This document shows positions 10,148 through 27,026 of a DNA stretch of 64,000 nucleotides, piece after piece (position 1 is the first letter of the stretch; every line of letters begins with the position of its first letter). The notes below the pieces were generated by a model. That model saw only the letters and a program-made list of their open reading frames with translations. It searched no databases and was not told the origin of the DNA. The stretch is from Gemmatimonadales bacterium (GTDB lineage Bacteria; Gemmatimonadota; Gemmatimonadetes; Gemmatimonadales; GWC2-71-9). A program made the position numbers and the translations under genes. Location of the stretch: contig DASWIX010000079.1 in the NCBI GenBank assembly GCA_036397455.1, positions 196,037-260,036 on the forward strand, in the 5' to 3' direction.

Positions 10148-12420
10148 CCCGGTCCCGGGTCGAGCCGTTTCCCGGCGATCCGGCTGTCACCCCGGCGATG
10201 GTCTCAGAGCACGGCCTGACCCCAGTGGAGTTCGGCCTGATTCGCCGGATGCTCGGGCGCGATCCCACGTTCACCGAGCTTGGCATCTTCTCGGCACTGT
10301 GGAGCGAGCACTGCTCCTACAAACACTCGAAACCGATCCTCCGGCAGTTCCCCGTCGAAGGCACGCACGTCCTCCAGGGGCCCGGCGAGAACGCGGGCGT
10401 GCTGTCCCTCGGCGACGGGTGGGCGGTGGCCTTCAAGATCGAGTCGCACAATCACCCCTCCGCCGTCGAGCCGTACCAGGGCGCCGCGACCGGCGTGGGC
10501 GGCATTCTCCGCGACGTGTTCACGATGGGCGCGCGACCCGTCGCGCTGCTCAACAGCCTGCGTTTCGGCCGGCTGGACGAGCGCCGCAACCGGTATCTCT
10601 TGGGCGGCGTCGTGCGCGGCATCGGCGACTACGGCAATTGCATGGGCGTCCCGACGGTCGGTGGTGAAATCGCCTTTGCCCCGGCGTACAGCGGCAACCC
10701 GCTGGTCAATGCGATGTGCGTGGGGGTGCTGCGGGAGGAGCAGTTGATCCGAGCCACCGCGTCCGGCGAAGGGAATGTGCTCGTCGCCGTCGGCGCACGG
10801 ACGGGACGGGACGGCATTCATGGCGCCTCGTTCGCCTCGGAGGAACTGACCGCGCAGAGTGAAGCGCGCCGACCGCAGGTGCAGGTTGGCGATCCCTTCA
10901 CCGAAAAACTGCTGCTCGAAGCGAGTCTCGAGCTGATCGCGTCCGGGCACATCGTCGGCATTCAGGACATGGGCGCGGCGGGACTGACGTCATCGTCGGC
11001 GGAGATGGCGGTGCGTGGTGGGGTCGGCGTCGAGATCGACACCGCGCGGGTGCCGACGCGCGAGCCGGGCATGACGCCGTACGAGATCCTGCTCTCGGAG
11101 TCACAGGAGCGGATGCTTGTGGTGGTGCTGCAGGATCGGGTCGATGCGGTCGTCCGCATCGCCGCCACATGGGAACTCGAAGCGGTTCCGATCGGCCACG
11201 TGACCGGCGACGGGATGTACCGGGTGCGGCACGGGACGCGGGTGGTCGCCGAGATTCCCGGCGGGCCGCTGATCGACGACTGCCCGACCTACGCCCCGGA
11301 AGCGACCGAAGCGGCCGAGGCGGTCGTGCGCCGGGGCCTGCCCGCCCCGCGGGCCGCCGTGGCACCGTGCGAGGCGCTGCTCGCGCTGATCGGTACGCCC
11401 GACATCGCATCCAAGTGGTGGATCTACGAGCAGTACGATTCGACCGTCCAGGCGGGCACCGCCCTCGGGCCGGGCGGCGACGCCGCGGTGATCCTCGTGC
11501 CGGGTACCCATCGCGGCATCGCGGTCGCTACCGACTGCAATGCGCGGTTCGTGTTGTTGGATCCGTACGAAGGAGGGAAAGCCGCCGTGGCCGAGGCGGC
11601 CCGCAACGTCGCATGCACCGGCGCCCGACCGATCGGCATCACCAACTGTCTCAATTTCGGGAATCCGGAGCGGCCGGAAATCTTCTTCCAGTTCCGCGAA
11701 GCGTGTCGCGGGATCGGCGATGCGTGCCGGGCGTTCGAGACACCCGTGACCGGCGGCAACGTGTCCTTCTATAATGAAAGTCCGACCGGGGCCGTCGACC
11801 CAACGCCGGTCATCGGGATGGTCGGCCTGCTGCCCGATGTGTCGAAAGCGGTGCCGTCGGCGTTTCAAGCGGAAGGCGACCATGTGCTGTTGCTCGGGAC
11901 CTCCGCGGGACACCTCGGCGGCTCGGCGTACTGGGCGTTGGTGCTGGATCACGTCGGCGGTGCACCCCCTCCCGTGGACCTACCGGCCGAACGACGACTG
12001 ATCGATCTGCTCGTGTACCTGGCCGATGAACGCCTGCTGCGGAGTGCGCACGACCTGTCCGAGGGAGGGTTGGCGACCGCGCTTGTCGAGGCGGCGGTCG
12101 GCTCGGTCTACGGAGAGGATGGATTCGGCGCGACGCTGGACCTGCGCCCGGTAGGGCCGGAGCGGGCCGATGCGATCCTGTTCGGGGAGGACCACGGACG
12201 CGCGCTGATCAGCGTGGCGCCGGCTGCGCGCGACCGCGCCTACGCGCTCGCCGAGGCGGCCGGTGTGCGTGTGGTCGAGTTGGGCCGCGTGACGTCGGCG
12301 AGTGGTGACATCGCATTGACGTTGCCCGACACCACGTGCCGGTACACCGCCCGGGAACTGCGCGACACGTTCTTTGGCGCCCTGCCGGCGGCGATGCAGA
12401 CCCCCGCCATGGGAGGATAG
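10144..12420 (+). CDS. purL: FGAM synthase synthetase subunit PurL
   Basis: 758 aa with [38 protein letters not shown] and VQVGDPF, typical of small-type PurL. Confidence 0.95.
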   Translation: MTRSRVEPFPGDPAVTPAMVSEHGLTPVEFGLIRRMLGRDPTFTELGIFSALWSEHCSYKHSKPILRQFPVEGTHVLQGPGENAGVLSLGDGWAVAFKIESHNHPSAVEPYQGAATGVGGILRDVFTMGARPVALLNSLRFGRLDERRNRYLLGGVVRGIGDYGNCMGVPTVGGEIAFAPAYSGNPLVNAMCVGVLREEQLIRATASGEGNVLVAVGARTGRDGIHGASFASEELTAQSEARRPQVQVGDPFTEKLLLEASLELIASGHIVGIQDMGAAGLTSSSAEMAVRGGVGVEIDTARVPTREPGMTPYEILLSESQERMLVVVLQDRVDAVVRIAATWELEAVPIGHVTGDGMYRVRHGTRVVAEIPGGPLIDDCPTYAPEATEAAEAVVRRGLPAPRAAVAPCEALLALIGTPDIASKWWIYEQYDSTVQAGTALGPGGDAAVILVPGTHRGIAVATDCNARFVLLDPYEGGKAAVAEAARNVACTGARPIGITNCLNFGNPERPEIFFQFREACRGIGDACRAFETPVTGGNVSFYNESPTGAVDPTPVIGMVGLLPDVSKAVPSAFQAEGDHVLLLGTSAGHLGGSAYWALVLDHVGGAPPPVDLPAERRLIDLLVYLADERLLRSAHDLSEGGLATALVEAAVGSVYGEDGFGATLDLRPVGPERADAILFGEDHGRALISVAPAARDRAYALAEAAGVRVVELGRVTSASGDIALTLPDTTCRYTARELRDTFFGALPAAMQTPAMGG

Positions 12421-12424
12421 CGAC

Positions 12425-13819
12425 GTGTGCGGCATTTTCGGTGTGTCGGGCGTCCCGGACGCGGCACAGCTCGCCTATCTCGGGCTGTACGCCCTTCAGC
12501 ACCGCGGGCAGGAATCGTCCGGCATCGTCGCGATCGACGAGTCCGGTCGGGCGCATTCGCACCGCGGCATGGGGTTGGTGCATGAGGTGTTCGAACCGGA
12601 ACGTTTGCGCCACTTGCCGGGCGACGTGGCGGTCGCCCACACGCGGTACTCGACGACCGGCAGTTCGGTCCTCGCGAACGCCCAACCGGGTCTGGTCGAA
12701 TACCACGGCGGGCCGCTCGCGCTGGCGCATAACGGCAACCTGACCAATGCGCGGGAGATTCGCGACGATCTGGTGAAACAGGGCTCGATCTTCCAGTCGT
12801 CGTCGGACTCGGAAGTCCTGGTGCACCTGATCGCCCGCTCGGACGCGCGGGTGTTCGAGGACCAGGTGCGCGACGCGCTGGAGCGGGTGGAGGGCGCATA
12901 CACGTTGATCCTCGCCGTCGGGCGCACGCTCCACGCGATCGTCGATCCACGGGGGTTCCGACCGCTGGTGATCGGGAAGCTCGGTGCCGGCCACATTCTC
13001 GCCTCCGAGACGTGCGCGCTCGATATCGTCGGGGCGACGCCGGTACGCGAACTCGAGCCGGGCGCATGGGTCAAGATCGAGGACGGGGAACTGCGCGAGG
13101 TCGCCACGCTCGCGGCCCAACCGGCACGTCGCTGCATCTTCGAACTCGTCTACTTTTCCCGTCCGGACAGCCGGGTGTTCCATCAATCCGTGGACGGCGT
13201 TCGCCGTGAACTCGGACGCCGGCTCGCACGAGAGCACCCCGCGCCCGGCGCCGACTGCGTGTTTTCCGTTCCGGATTCGGCCAACGCGATGGCGCTCGGT
13301 TTCGCCGAGGAAAGCGGACTCAAACTCGAGAACGGCCTCATTCGGAATCACTACGTCGGCCGCACGTTCATCCATCCGGGCCAGGCCACGCGGGTTGCCA
13401 AGGTGCGAATCAAGTTCAACCCGGTCCAGGAAGTCATCGCCGGGAAGAGTTGCGTCGTGGTTGATGATTCGTTGGTCCGTGGCACGACGTCGAAGGAGCT
13501 GGTCAGCATGCTGCGACAGGCCGGCGCACGGCAGGTGCATTTCCGGCTCGCGTCGCCTCCCATCACCGGTCCGTGCTACTACGGAATCGACACACCCACC
13601 CGGAGCGAACTCATCGCGTCGTCCCATTCCGTCGCGGAAATCGCCGCCCACCTGGGCGTCGATTCGCTCGGCTATCTCTCGCTGGACGGCCTCACCGACT
13701 CGGTGTCCAGCCACACCACCTACTGCGATGCGTGTTTTTCCGGGGCGTATCCGACCGGCCGTCCCGGTCCGGCGGGTGCGCATCACGACAGTAGCCCGCA
13801 ACCCGCTGCCGCCACCTGA
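12425..13819 (+). CDS. purF: Amidophosphoribosyltransferase
   Basis: The start is at GTG 12425, so that the Ntn nucleophile Cys is residue 2 (V-CGIFGV). Also LQHRGQESSGI, HTRYSTTG, the PRPP loop VVVDDSLVRGTTS, and the C-terminal Cys ligands CYYGID...CDACFSG. The track ORF starts upstream at 12374. Confidence 0.95.
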   Translation: MCGIFGVSGVPDAAQLAYLGLYALQHRGQESSGIVAIDESGRAHSHRGMGLVHEVFEPERLRHLPGDVAVAHTRYSTTGSSVLANAQPGLVEYHGGPLALAHNGNLTNAREIRDDLVKQGSIFQSSSDSEVLVHLIARSDARVFEDQVRDALERVEGAYTLILAVGRTLHAIVDPRGFRPLVIGKLGAGHILASETCALDIVGATPVRELEPGAWVKIEDGELREVATLAAQPARRCIFELVYFSRPDSRVFHQSVDGVRRELGRRLAREHPAPGADCVFSVPDSANAMALGFAEESGLKLENGLIRNHYVGRTFIHPGQATRVAKVRIKFNPVQEVIAGKSCVVVDDSLVRGTTSKELVSMLRQAGARQVHFRLASPPITGPCYYGIDTPTRSELIASSHSVAEIAAHLGVDSLGYLSLDGLTDSVSSHTTYCDACFSGAYPTGRPGPAGAHHDSSPQPAAAT

Positions 13820-13824
13820 CCACT

Positions 13825-16454
<2,630 letters not shown>

Positions 16455-16458
<4 letters not shown>

Positions 16459-17105
16459 CGCCGGTCACCCGACAGCCACAGCCGCGCCCGGCGGGCCGCC
16501 TGCCACAACGCGGAGTCGGCGCCGGACCCTTCGAGTTCGTCGAGCGGGCACCATCGCCACGGGTGCTCCGACCCGGCAAGCGGCCCCGCCCGCCCGGCCA
16601 CGAACGCGAACATGAGGTCGTGGTGCAGGTGCGCCGGCTCGCGGTCCGACACGGGAATCTCGTGCACGTCCACCCCAACCAGCATCCCCGAACCGTTCGG
16701 CACCACGCCGGTTTCCTCACGCACTTCCCGCTGCGCGGCCGCGAGGATGTCGGCATCTCCGGGCTCGATGTGCCCTCCCGGTTGGAGCCAGCGATCGAGC
16801 GTGGGGTGCAGCACGAGCAGCGCCCGTGCCAGGTCGGGGGCCAGCACCAGGCCGCTCGCGGTCACGTGTCCCGGCGCATAACTCCCGCGGTCGAGCGGCA
16901 TGGGATGCGTCCGCAACAACGTGAGCACGAGGTTACGGCTCCGCCGCCCTCGTCGGTCGAGATCGGGCACAAACCGCTCAACCAGTTGTATCGCATCCGC
17001 TACGCGTTTCGCCATAGCCCCTTCCACACGGGCTTCGAGGGTAACGCGTCCGACGCGAGTCGGGAAGCGGGGTACCACCACTCCCGCCCGTCGCTCAGAT
17101 TTCAT
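16455..17105 (-). CDS. Nudix-family hydrolase
   Basis: Nudix-box-like GGHIEPGDADILAAAQREVREETGV. The start is uncertain (17120 or ATG 17105). Its stop (CTA 16455-16457) overlaps the ppdK stop (TAG 16456-16458) in a CTAG tetranucleotide. Confidence 0.75.
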
Positions 17106-17137
17106 CGCCGTTCCTCTCACGGGATGTGATAAAGGGC

Positions 17138-18232
17138 ATGCTCGAGGTGGTGTTGTGGACCGCGTACGGCATCATGGGCGGGATCCTCGCCGCCAACGTG
17201 CGCTACCTCAACCGGCGCCGCGGCCTCCGAGGCACCTTTCCGGCCGATCGCCTCGTTTCGATTCTGATCCCCGCGCGCAATGAAGAGCGGAACCTCACAC
17301 GCCTGCTTCCCACGATTCTCGATCAGGTTGGGGTCCACTTCGAGGTCATCGTGTACGACGACGACTCGAATGACGGGACCGCTCGGGTCGTCGCGGACTA
17401 CGACGATGCGCGTGTGCGGCTGATTCGCGGTTCCGGACCGCCGGCGGGATGGGTGGGGAAGGTCCATGCGCTGTACCAGGCCAGCCGCATCGCTCGCGGG
17501 CAGACGCTTCTCTTTCTGGACGCGGACACCGCGTTCAAGCACCCGGCCGCGCTCGCCGAAATGCTCGGGCGGTTCGCCGCCCTCCCCCCGCGGGCGGTAC
17601 TCACCGGGCTGCTGGATTTCCGGGGTGGCGGTCGCATCCTGGTCAGCGCCATTCCCCACGCGCTGCTGCTGAGCCTCCCACTCCCCTTGATCGGCCGGAT
17701 CCGGACCCGATTCCTGGGTGCGCTCAATGGCCAGTGCTGGATGACGACCGCTGCGCTGTACCGCGAATGGGAACCACACCGAACCCATCCGGATGAGGTG
17801 CTGGAGGACATCCGGATCGGTCAGTACTTCGCGGCCCACGGGATCGCCACGCACTTTGCCCCGCTCAACCGCGACCTCGAGGTCTGGATGTATCGTGACT
17901 TCAGCGCGGCGTGGAGGGGGTTCCTCAAGAATACGTACCCGCTGATGGGCGGCCGGCCGATCCCGTTTCTTGGATTCAACCTCTGGTTCGCGTTTTGTTG
18001 GGTGGCCGCCCCGTGGCTCGCCTGGCCCTTCCTGGTGCCGATGTACCTGACCAAGTTGGCCGCCGACCGGGTGGCAGGCCTCCCGCTCCACCTGTCCGCG
18101 TTCGCCCCCCTCACCTTCCTGCTGACTTGGTTCCTCCAGCTTCACTCCGCCTTCTGCCATCTCTCCGGTCGCGTCCAATGGAAGGGTCGAAACGTCGCAT
18201 CTGCGCGTCCGAAACTTGCGAGCCCTCGCTAG
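17138..18232 (+). CDS. Family-2 glycosyltransferase, membrane-anchored
   Basis: N-terminal TM, then ILIPARNEERNLTRLLPTIL...VIVYDDDSNDGT...LLFLDADT (GT-A fold DxD), and C-terminal TM helices. The start is either GTG 17126 or ATG 17138. Confidence 0.75.
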   Translation: MLEVVLWTAYGIMGGILAANVRYLNRRRGLRGTFPADRLVSILIPARNEERNLTRLLPTILDQVGVHFEVIVYDDDSNDGTARVVADYDDARVRLIRGSGPPAGWVGKVHALYQASRIARGQTLLFLDADTAFKHPAALAEMLGRFAALPPRAVLTGLLDFRGGGRILVSAIPHALLLSLPLPLIGRIRTRFLGALNGQCWMTTAALYREWEPHRTHPDEVLEDIRIGQYFAAHGIATHFAPLNRDLEVWMYRDFSAAWRGFLKNTYPLMGGRPIPFLGFNLWFAFCWVAAPWLAWPFLVPMYLTKLAADRVAGLPLHLSAFAPLTFLLTWFLQLHSAFCHLSGRVQWKGRNVASARPKLASPR

Positions 18233-18275
18233 ATGTTTTCCACATCGCCGATCACCTTGCGTAGTGGATGACCTG

Positions 18276-18370
18276 TTGAAAACAGATCGCGATCGTCATG
18301 TAACTGCAAGATAATTCAATGAATTAGCAATGTTGATCTAAGGTATGTTGATATGTTGGACTTCAGTATC
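18276..18370 (+). promoter_or_regulatory. AT-rich island with three ATGTTGR direct repeats, a likely promoter/operator region for mtgA-ligA-polX
   Basis: By my count, 18291-18370 is about 34 percent G+C against a roughly two-thirds background. ATGTTGA sits at 18330 and 18345, and ATGTTGG at 18353. A weak sigma-70-like pair TTGAAA (18276-18281) - 17 nt - TGTAAC (18299-18304) is present. No convincing ORF. Confidence 0.3.
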
Positions 18371-18399
18371 CACATCGTGTTCGAGCCGTCTGCGCACCG

Positions 18400-22920
<4,521 letters not shown>

Positions 22921-22930
22921 GCCGGCGGGA

Positions 22931-23542
22931 TCAGCGAAACCGAAAGTCGGGACTGCGACCCTTCAACTGCATCTGCGGCAGCGGGACCACACGCACGAGC
23001 ATGCGGCGGGCGGCGCGCGTGATGAAGCCGGGTCGATGCACCCTGGCGGAATCGCCGCCGGCACCCTTGAGCCAGGCGAATACCTCGTCGACGTCCTCAT
23101 CTGACAGCGTCCGCGCCGATACCACCGCCTCATAGTAGTACGAGCCGGGCTCGTCCGGTTCGAGACCCACGACGTAGACACTGGCAAGGTGTGCGCTCAA
23201 CGCGCGTGGAGTCGGGAGCTCGATCGTCGAATCCGGTTGCTCCACCACAAACACCTCGCGCACCGGATCGTACAGCACCACGTAGTCCCACGCGAAGGTC
23301 CGTACGGTCCGGTCCTTCCAGGAGCGGGACTCGCGCAGCGCCACGCGGTACTCGACGTACAGCGGGAACCCCGATTCCATCGCCCGCGTGACCCGGCCGC
23401 CCGCCAGCAGCGACTGCAGGCTCACCAACGCTTCGGGCACCGCCGCCGCATTGAGTTCGACGGTCACATGGGGCCGATCCTGCGCCCGCGCGACCGCAAC
23501 CGCGGCGCAGCACGTGAACAGGACGGCGGCGCGAATGCGCAA
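22931..23542 (-). CDS. DUF4390-like secreted protein (hypothetical)
   Basis: The start is uncertain. I use TTG 23542 to give the signal-like LRIRAAVLFTCCAAVAVARAQD. The track start at 23692 would overlap the upstream gene. The body (ESGFPLYVEYRVALRESRSW...WDYVVLYDPVREVFVVE...SYYYEAVVSARTL) matches my recollection of the DUF4390 pattern. It lies 5 nt downstream of the OMP gene stop. Confidence 0.5.
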   Translation of the reverse strand: MRIRAAVLFTCCAAVAVARAQDRPHVTVELNAAAVPEALVSLQSLLAGGRVTRAMESGFPLYVEYRVALRESRSWKDRTVRTFAWDYVVLYDPVREVFVVEQPDSTIELPTPRALSAHLASVYVVGLEPDEPGSYYYEAVVSARTLSDEDVDEVFAWLKGAGGDSARVHRPGFITRAARRMLVRVVPLPQMQLKGRSPDFRFR

Positions 23543-23547
23543 CGCGA

Positions 23548-25251
23548 TCAGAACCGCTGATGCAGGCGAAGGCTGAAGCGCACCGGGCCGTCGACGGACA
23601 GCGCCTTGGCCGCGTACACCCCGAAGCTCCCGAACACGATTCCCCCACCGATATCGAATTCGAGATCGCCGGGACCATCGTCTCGCAGCCACGCGGTGCC
23701 GGCGTCCGCGAGTAACACGAGGTCTGGACCGTCAAACCAGAACCAGTCACCCCAGTCCCCATCGAACCAGTCCGCGCGCGTCTCGCGCCGGCGCTCATGG
23801 CGATGACGGCGGTGGTCGAACGCCGACAAGCCGAAGGTGAGGTCACCGCGGTATTCGGCCTGGAACAGCACCATGCGATCACACAATGCCGGGGAGGACA
23901 GGTCGGCAACGCCGTTCTCACACGTGATGGCTCGGAACGGGAATCCCGGCATCGCGCCGGGTCCTCCCAGCGACAGGCGACGTTGCACCGGAAGCGGATC
24001 GTCCCCGATCGTCCCCGCCCCAAGCGCGCGCAGGCGCAGCTGTCCCGACCACCCGATCCGTTCGTACCACCGCAGGTCGATGACCGCACGGTCGTAAACG
24101 TGGTCGGCGGGCAGCGGATCGCGCACGGCCACCGGCAGGACCCGCGGCCGCACGCCATCCCCGATGCCCCGCTCCCACGTGGCGCGCACGTGCAGCCCCG
24201 ATCCGTTGTAGCGGTAGGATTGGCGCGAGTCATACTCGATCGACGCCGAGAGCAGCGTCACGTCGCCTTCGTCCACGGCCGGGTTGGTTCGCCACCGTTC
24301 GTCGTTGCGAAACAGCGTCCACGGATCCCGGGCCGGGATCGACACGTCCTCGTTGCGCGCCACTTCACCGGCGATCGTGAATCCGTCCACCGGCTCGAGC
24401 GCGAGGTAGCCCGCCACACCGCGCCGCAGGAAGTAGTCGCGGTAGTCACGGTGGAACAGGAACGCGCCGAACCCGACCTCATCGTCGTCGAGTTGCCAAT
24501 CTTCGATGGGCGCGACGACGTCGTACGCGCGAGCACCCAGTGTCAGGATGTCATTGCCAAACCGGATGCGGCCGTTCGCCTCGTACCCGAGGCCCGCGCG
24601 GTCGTCACCGAATCCATCGGCGGTCCGGAAGATGGCAACGGCCTGGAACCGGCCGTTCACGTCCCGCCCGCCCCGCGTGATCCGCGGTCCGACGACGAGG
24701 GGCAGTCCTTCGATGCGGTTGTACGTCCCTCCGGTCGACAAGACGATCGACGCGCCGGCCGACGACCCGTAGCGGCGAAACCGCGTCGGCGGCCAGCGTC
24801 GCACCCGTTCCGGCTCCGCTTCGATGACCTCGAGCCGGTCACCCACTCGCCGGATCGCCACGCCCGCACGGTGCGCCTCAACCGATCCGCCGACGCGCGC
24901 ATCGACACTCCGGACCAACCGGCCGCCCACCACCAGGATGTCCCCGCGGACCTCCGCGCCGCGCGCCAGCTCGACGTCCGCGTTCACGGCAACCAGATCA
25001 CCCGCGATCACGCCTTCGACCCGCAGCGGACCATCCAGCACGCCGACGTCATCACGCACGAAACGGTTGGGACCGATGGTGTTCGGTCCGAAAAACCGGG
25101 TGGTCATCCTTCCGTTGAAAACCCATATCGCGCGGCGCGCGGCGCGCACCGGTTCGCTGCCGCGGCGAACGACGACGGTGTCCTGCGCTCGTCCCACCAC
25201 GGCGGTCGCGGCGACCAACAAGCCGGACAGCAGCACGATCCGGGCGGTCAT
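23548..25251 (-). CDS. Outer-membrane beta-barrel protein (surface-antigen/Omp85-like C-terminus) with a bactofilin-like N-terminal region
   Basis: The start is taken at ATG 25251 (MTARIVLLSGLLVAATAVVGRAQD signal peptide). The track ORF extends to 25551. The N-terminal repeats VEGVIAGDLVAVNADVELARGAEVRGDILVVGGRLVRSVDARVGGSVEA resemble polymer-forming (bactofilin/DUF583) beta-helix repeats. The C-terminal half has alternating beta-strand character and ends in an aromatic residue (...FSLRLHQRF), as expected for a BAM substrate. Confidence 0.65.
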   Translation of the reverse strand: MTARIVLLSGLLVAATAVVGRAQDTVVVRRGSEPVRAARRAIWVFNGRMTTRFFGPNTIGPNRFVRDDVGVLDGPLRVEGVIAGDLVAVNADVELARGAEVRGDILVVGGRLVRSVDARVGGSVEAHRAGVAIRRVGDRLEVIEAEPERVRRWPPTRFRRYGSSAGASIVLSTGGTYNRIEGLPLVVGPRITRGGRDVNGRFQAVAIFRTADGFGDDRAGLGYEANGRIRFGNDILTLGARAYDVVAPIEDWQLDDDEVGFGAFLFHRDYRDYFLRRGVAGYLALEPVDGFTIAGEVARNEDVSIPARDPWTLFRNDERWRTNPAVDEGDVTLLSASIEYDSRQSYRYNGSGLHVRATWERGIGDGVRPRVLPVAVRDPLPADHVYDRAVIDLRWYERIGWSGQLRLRALGAGTIGDDPLPVQRRLSLGGPGAMPGFPFRAITCENGVADLSSPALCDRMVLFQAEYRGDLTFGLSAFDHRRHRHERRRETRADWFDGDWGDWFWFDGPDLVLLADAGTAWLRDDGPGDLEFDIGGGIVFGSFGVYAAKALSVDGPVRFSLRLHQRF

Positions 25252-25505
25252 GGCGTGTAGCTCCGCGCGGGCACGACGACGAACACGGTATCCGTCGCCG
25301 AACACCGCGGATCCGGCAATACCGTGGAGCGGCGCCGGAGCGCCACATCGAACACGACGTCGTGACTCAGCACGTTGATTGCATAGGTCATGTGATGCCC
25401 CTGATCTCCTTGCGACGCCGGCCGTGCCGCGGGTCGATCGCGCATCAACACGGGCATCAGCGCGACCACCCCAACCGCCACCACCAACATGGGTCCCAGC
25501 TTCAC
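25248..25505 (-). CDS. Small membrane-anchored hypothetical protein (85 aa)
   Basis: GTG at 25505 sits 8 nt downstream of GGAGG (25518-25514). An alternative ATG is at 25490. One N-terminal TM (MLVVAVGVVALMPVLM). The third codon position is G/C-rich. The stop overlaps the OMP start (ATGA at 25251-25248), which suggests translational coupling. No family recognised. Confidence 0.4.
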   Translation of the reverse strand: MKLGPMLVVAVGVVALMPVLMRDRPAARPASQGDQGHHMTYAINVLSHDVVFDVALRRRSTVLPDPRCSATDTVFVVVPARSYTP

Positions 25506-25539
25506 CGAAGCAGCCTCCGCAAACGTTGCCCGGTGATAA

Positions 25540-25555
25540 GGCAGGACGCATGCCT
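25540..25555 (-). promoter_or_regulatory. Candidate sigma-54 (-24/-12) promoter
   Basis: The minus strand reads cAGGCATgcgtcCTGCc. The GG and GC dinucleotides are at the canonical spacing of TGGCAC-N5-TTGC. The site is about 35-50 nt upstream of the small-ORF start and about 95 nt downstream of the sigma-54 activator gene stop. Confidence 0.35.
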
Positions 25556-25649
25556 GGCGCGCCGCAATGTCCAACCTATTACATCGCAATAAGTTACGAA
25601 CCAAACCCGCCCTATCGATTCGCACACGGACGCGCGTCATTTCGACACG

Positions 25650-27026
25650 TTACGTGTCGTTTCGGTCGATTCCGAGCCGTCGCATGCGGCGATACAGGTT
25701 CGCTCGATCGGTCTCGAGGCGGCGGGCCGCGTCCGCCACGTTGCCGCCGGCCTTGGCGAGGGCGGATCGAATGAGATTCGCCTCGAAGGCGTCGAGCGCG
25801 GAAGCCAACCCCGGCGCCCCATCCGCCTCGGACGGCGAACCCGATTCCGCCGGCCCGGGCGAGCGACCGAGCACGGTATCGACCTCGGCTGCGGAGATGG
25901 GATCGCGCCCACCGATGATCGTGAGCCGTTCGATGAGGTTGGCCAGTTCGCGGACGTTCCCCGGCCATCCATGCTCCTGAAGCCTGGTGAGAGCCGGGCC
26001 AGTGAGCGCCCGCGGCGGCCTGGCACACGTCGCCGCCGCGACCGCCGCGAAGTGCGCGGCCAGGGCCGGCACGTCACTGAGCCGTTCGCGCAGGGCCGGC
26101 ACGCGTATCGGAAAGACGTTCAAGCGGTAGAACAGGTCGGCACGAAATCGTCCGGCGGCGGATGCGCGCTCCAGGTCCCGGTTCGTCGCCGCGACGACGC
26201 GGACGTCGACCGTCCGTTCGTGTTCGGCTCCAACCCGCGCGAACGTTCCCGTCTCGAGCACGCGCAGCAGTTTGGCCTGCGCCCCCTGTTCGAGGTCCCC
26301 GATCTCATCCAGAAACAGCGTGCCGTGGTGCGCCATCTCGAACTTCCCGATCCGGTCGGCGTGGGCGCCGGTGAACGCGCCCCGCTGGTGCCCGAACATC
26401 TCGCTTTCGATGAGGTCGCGTGGCACCGCGGCGCAATTCACCGCCACGAACGGTTTGGCGGCGCGTGGGCTCTGGCGGTGAATGGCGCGCGCCACCAGCT
26501 CCTTGCCGGTTCCCGATTCACCACTGATGAGCACCCGCGACGGCGTGGGGGCCACCCCTGCGATGAGCGAACGCACGTCGGCCATTGGCGGCGCTGAACC
26601 GACGATGGCGTCCTCGGCGGCCGTCTGGGCGCGCAGCGCGCGGTTCTCCGCGCGCACATGCGCCAGTTCGGTCGCCGCGCGCAAAGCCACGAGCACCGAT
26701 TCGGGCGTGAGCGGTTTCTCCAGGAACTGAAACGCGCCAAGCTTGGTGGCGCGGACCGCGTCGTGCAGCGTCGCCTTGCCGCTCATCATGATCACGATCA
26801 ACTCGGGCCGGTCGGTGCGCAGGTGCTCCAGCACCGCGAGCCCGCTGGGGCCCGGCTCCATCACGAGATCCAACAACACGATTTCGGGTTCAAAGCGTTG
26901 GACGGCGCCCGCGACGGCGTGGCCGTCCTCCGCCTCCTGGACCGCATACCCTTCCTGCGCGAGGATCGCCGCCAGCATCTTGCGGATGTTGCGCTCGTCG
27001 TCGACGATCAGCACGCGTGCCGTCAT
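25650..27026 (-). CDS. Sigma-54-dependent response regulator (NtrC/NtrX family)
   Basis: 458 aa. Receiver domain (RVLIVDDERNIRKML...LLDLVM). AAA+ Walker A GESGTGKE. Sigma-54 contact loop GAFTGA (QRGAFTGA). Also FLDEIGDL and a C-terminal Fis-type HTH (NVADAARRLETDRANLYRRMRRLGI). Confidence 0.95.
   Translation of the reverse strand: MTARVLIVDDERNIRKMLAAILAQEGYAVQEAEDGHAVAGAVQRFEPEIVLLDLVMEPGPSGLAVLEHLRTDRPELIVIMMSGKATLHDAVRATKLGAFQFLEKPLTPESVLVALRAATELAHVRAENRALRAQTAAEDAIVGSAPPMADVRSLIAGVAPTPSRVLISGESGTGKELVARAIHRQSPRAAKPFVAVNCAAVPRDLIESEMFGHQRGAFTGAHADRIGKFEMAHHGTLFLDEIGDLEQGAQAKLLRVLETGTFARVGAEHERTVDVRVVAATNRDLERASAAGRFRADLFYRLNVFPIRVPALRERLSDVPALAAHFAAVAAATCARPPRALTGPALTRLQEHGWPGNVRELANLIERLTIIGGRDPISAAEVDTVLGRSPGPAESGSPSEADGAPGLASALDAFEANLIRSALAKAGGNVADAARRLETDRANLYRRMRRLGIDRNDT

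Noticed and set aside
25582-25605. A second sigma-54-like element, TTTGGTTCGTAACTTATTGCG on the minus strand.
   Set aside because: The GG to GC spacing is 3 nt longer than the canonical -24/-12 geometry. The AGGCAT-N5-CTGC site at 25541-25555 fits better.
25643-25659. A 7-bp stem palindrome CGACACG-TTA-CGTGTCG centred on the response-regulator stop codon.
   Set aside because: It has a short stem and a 3-nt loop with no U-tract, so it is not a convincing intrinsic terminator.
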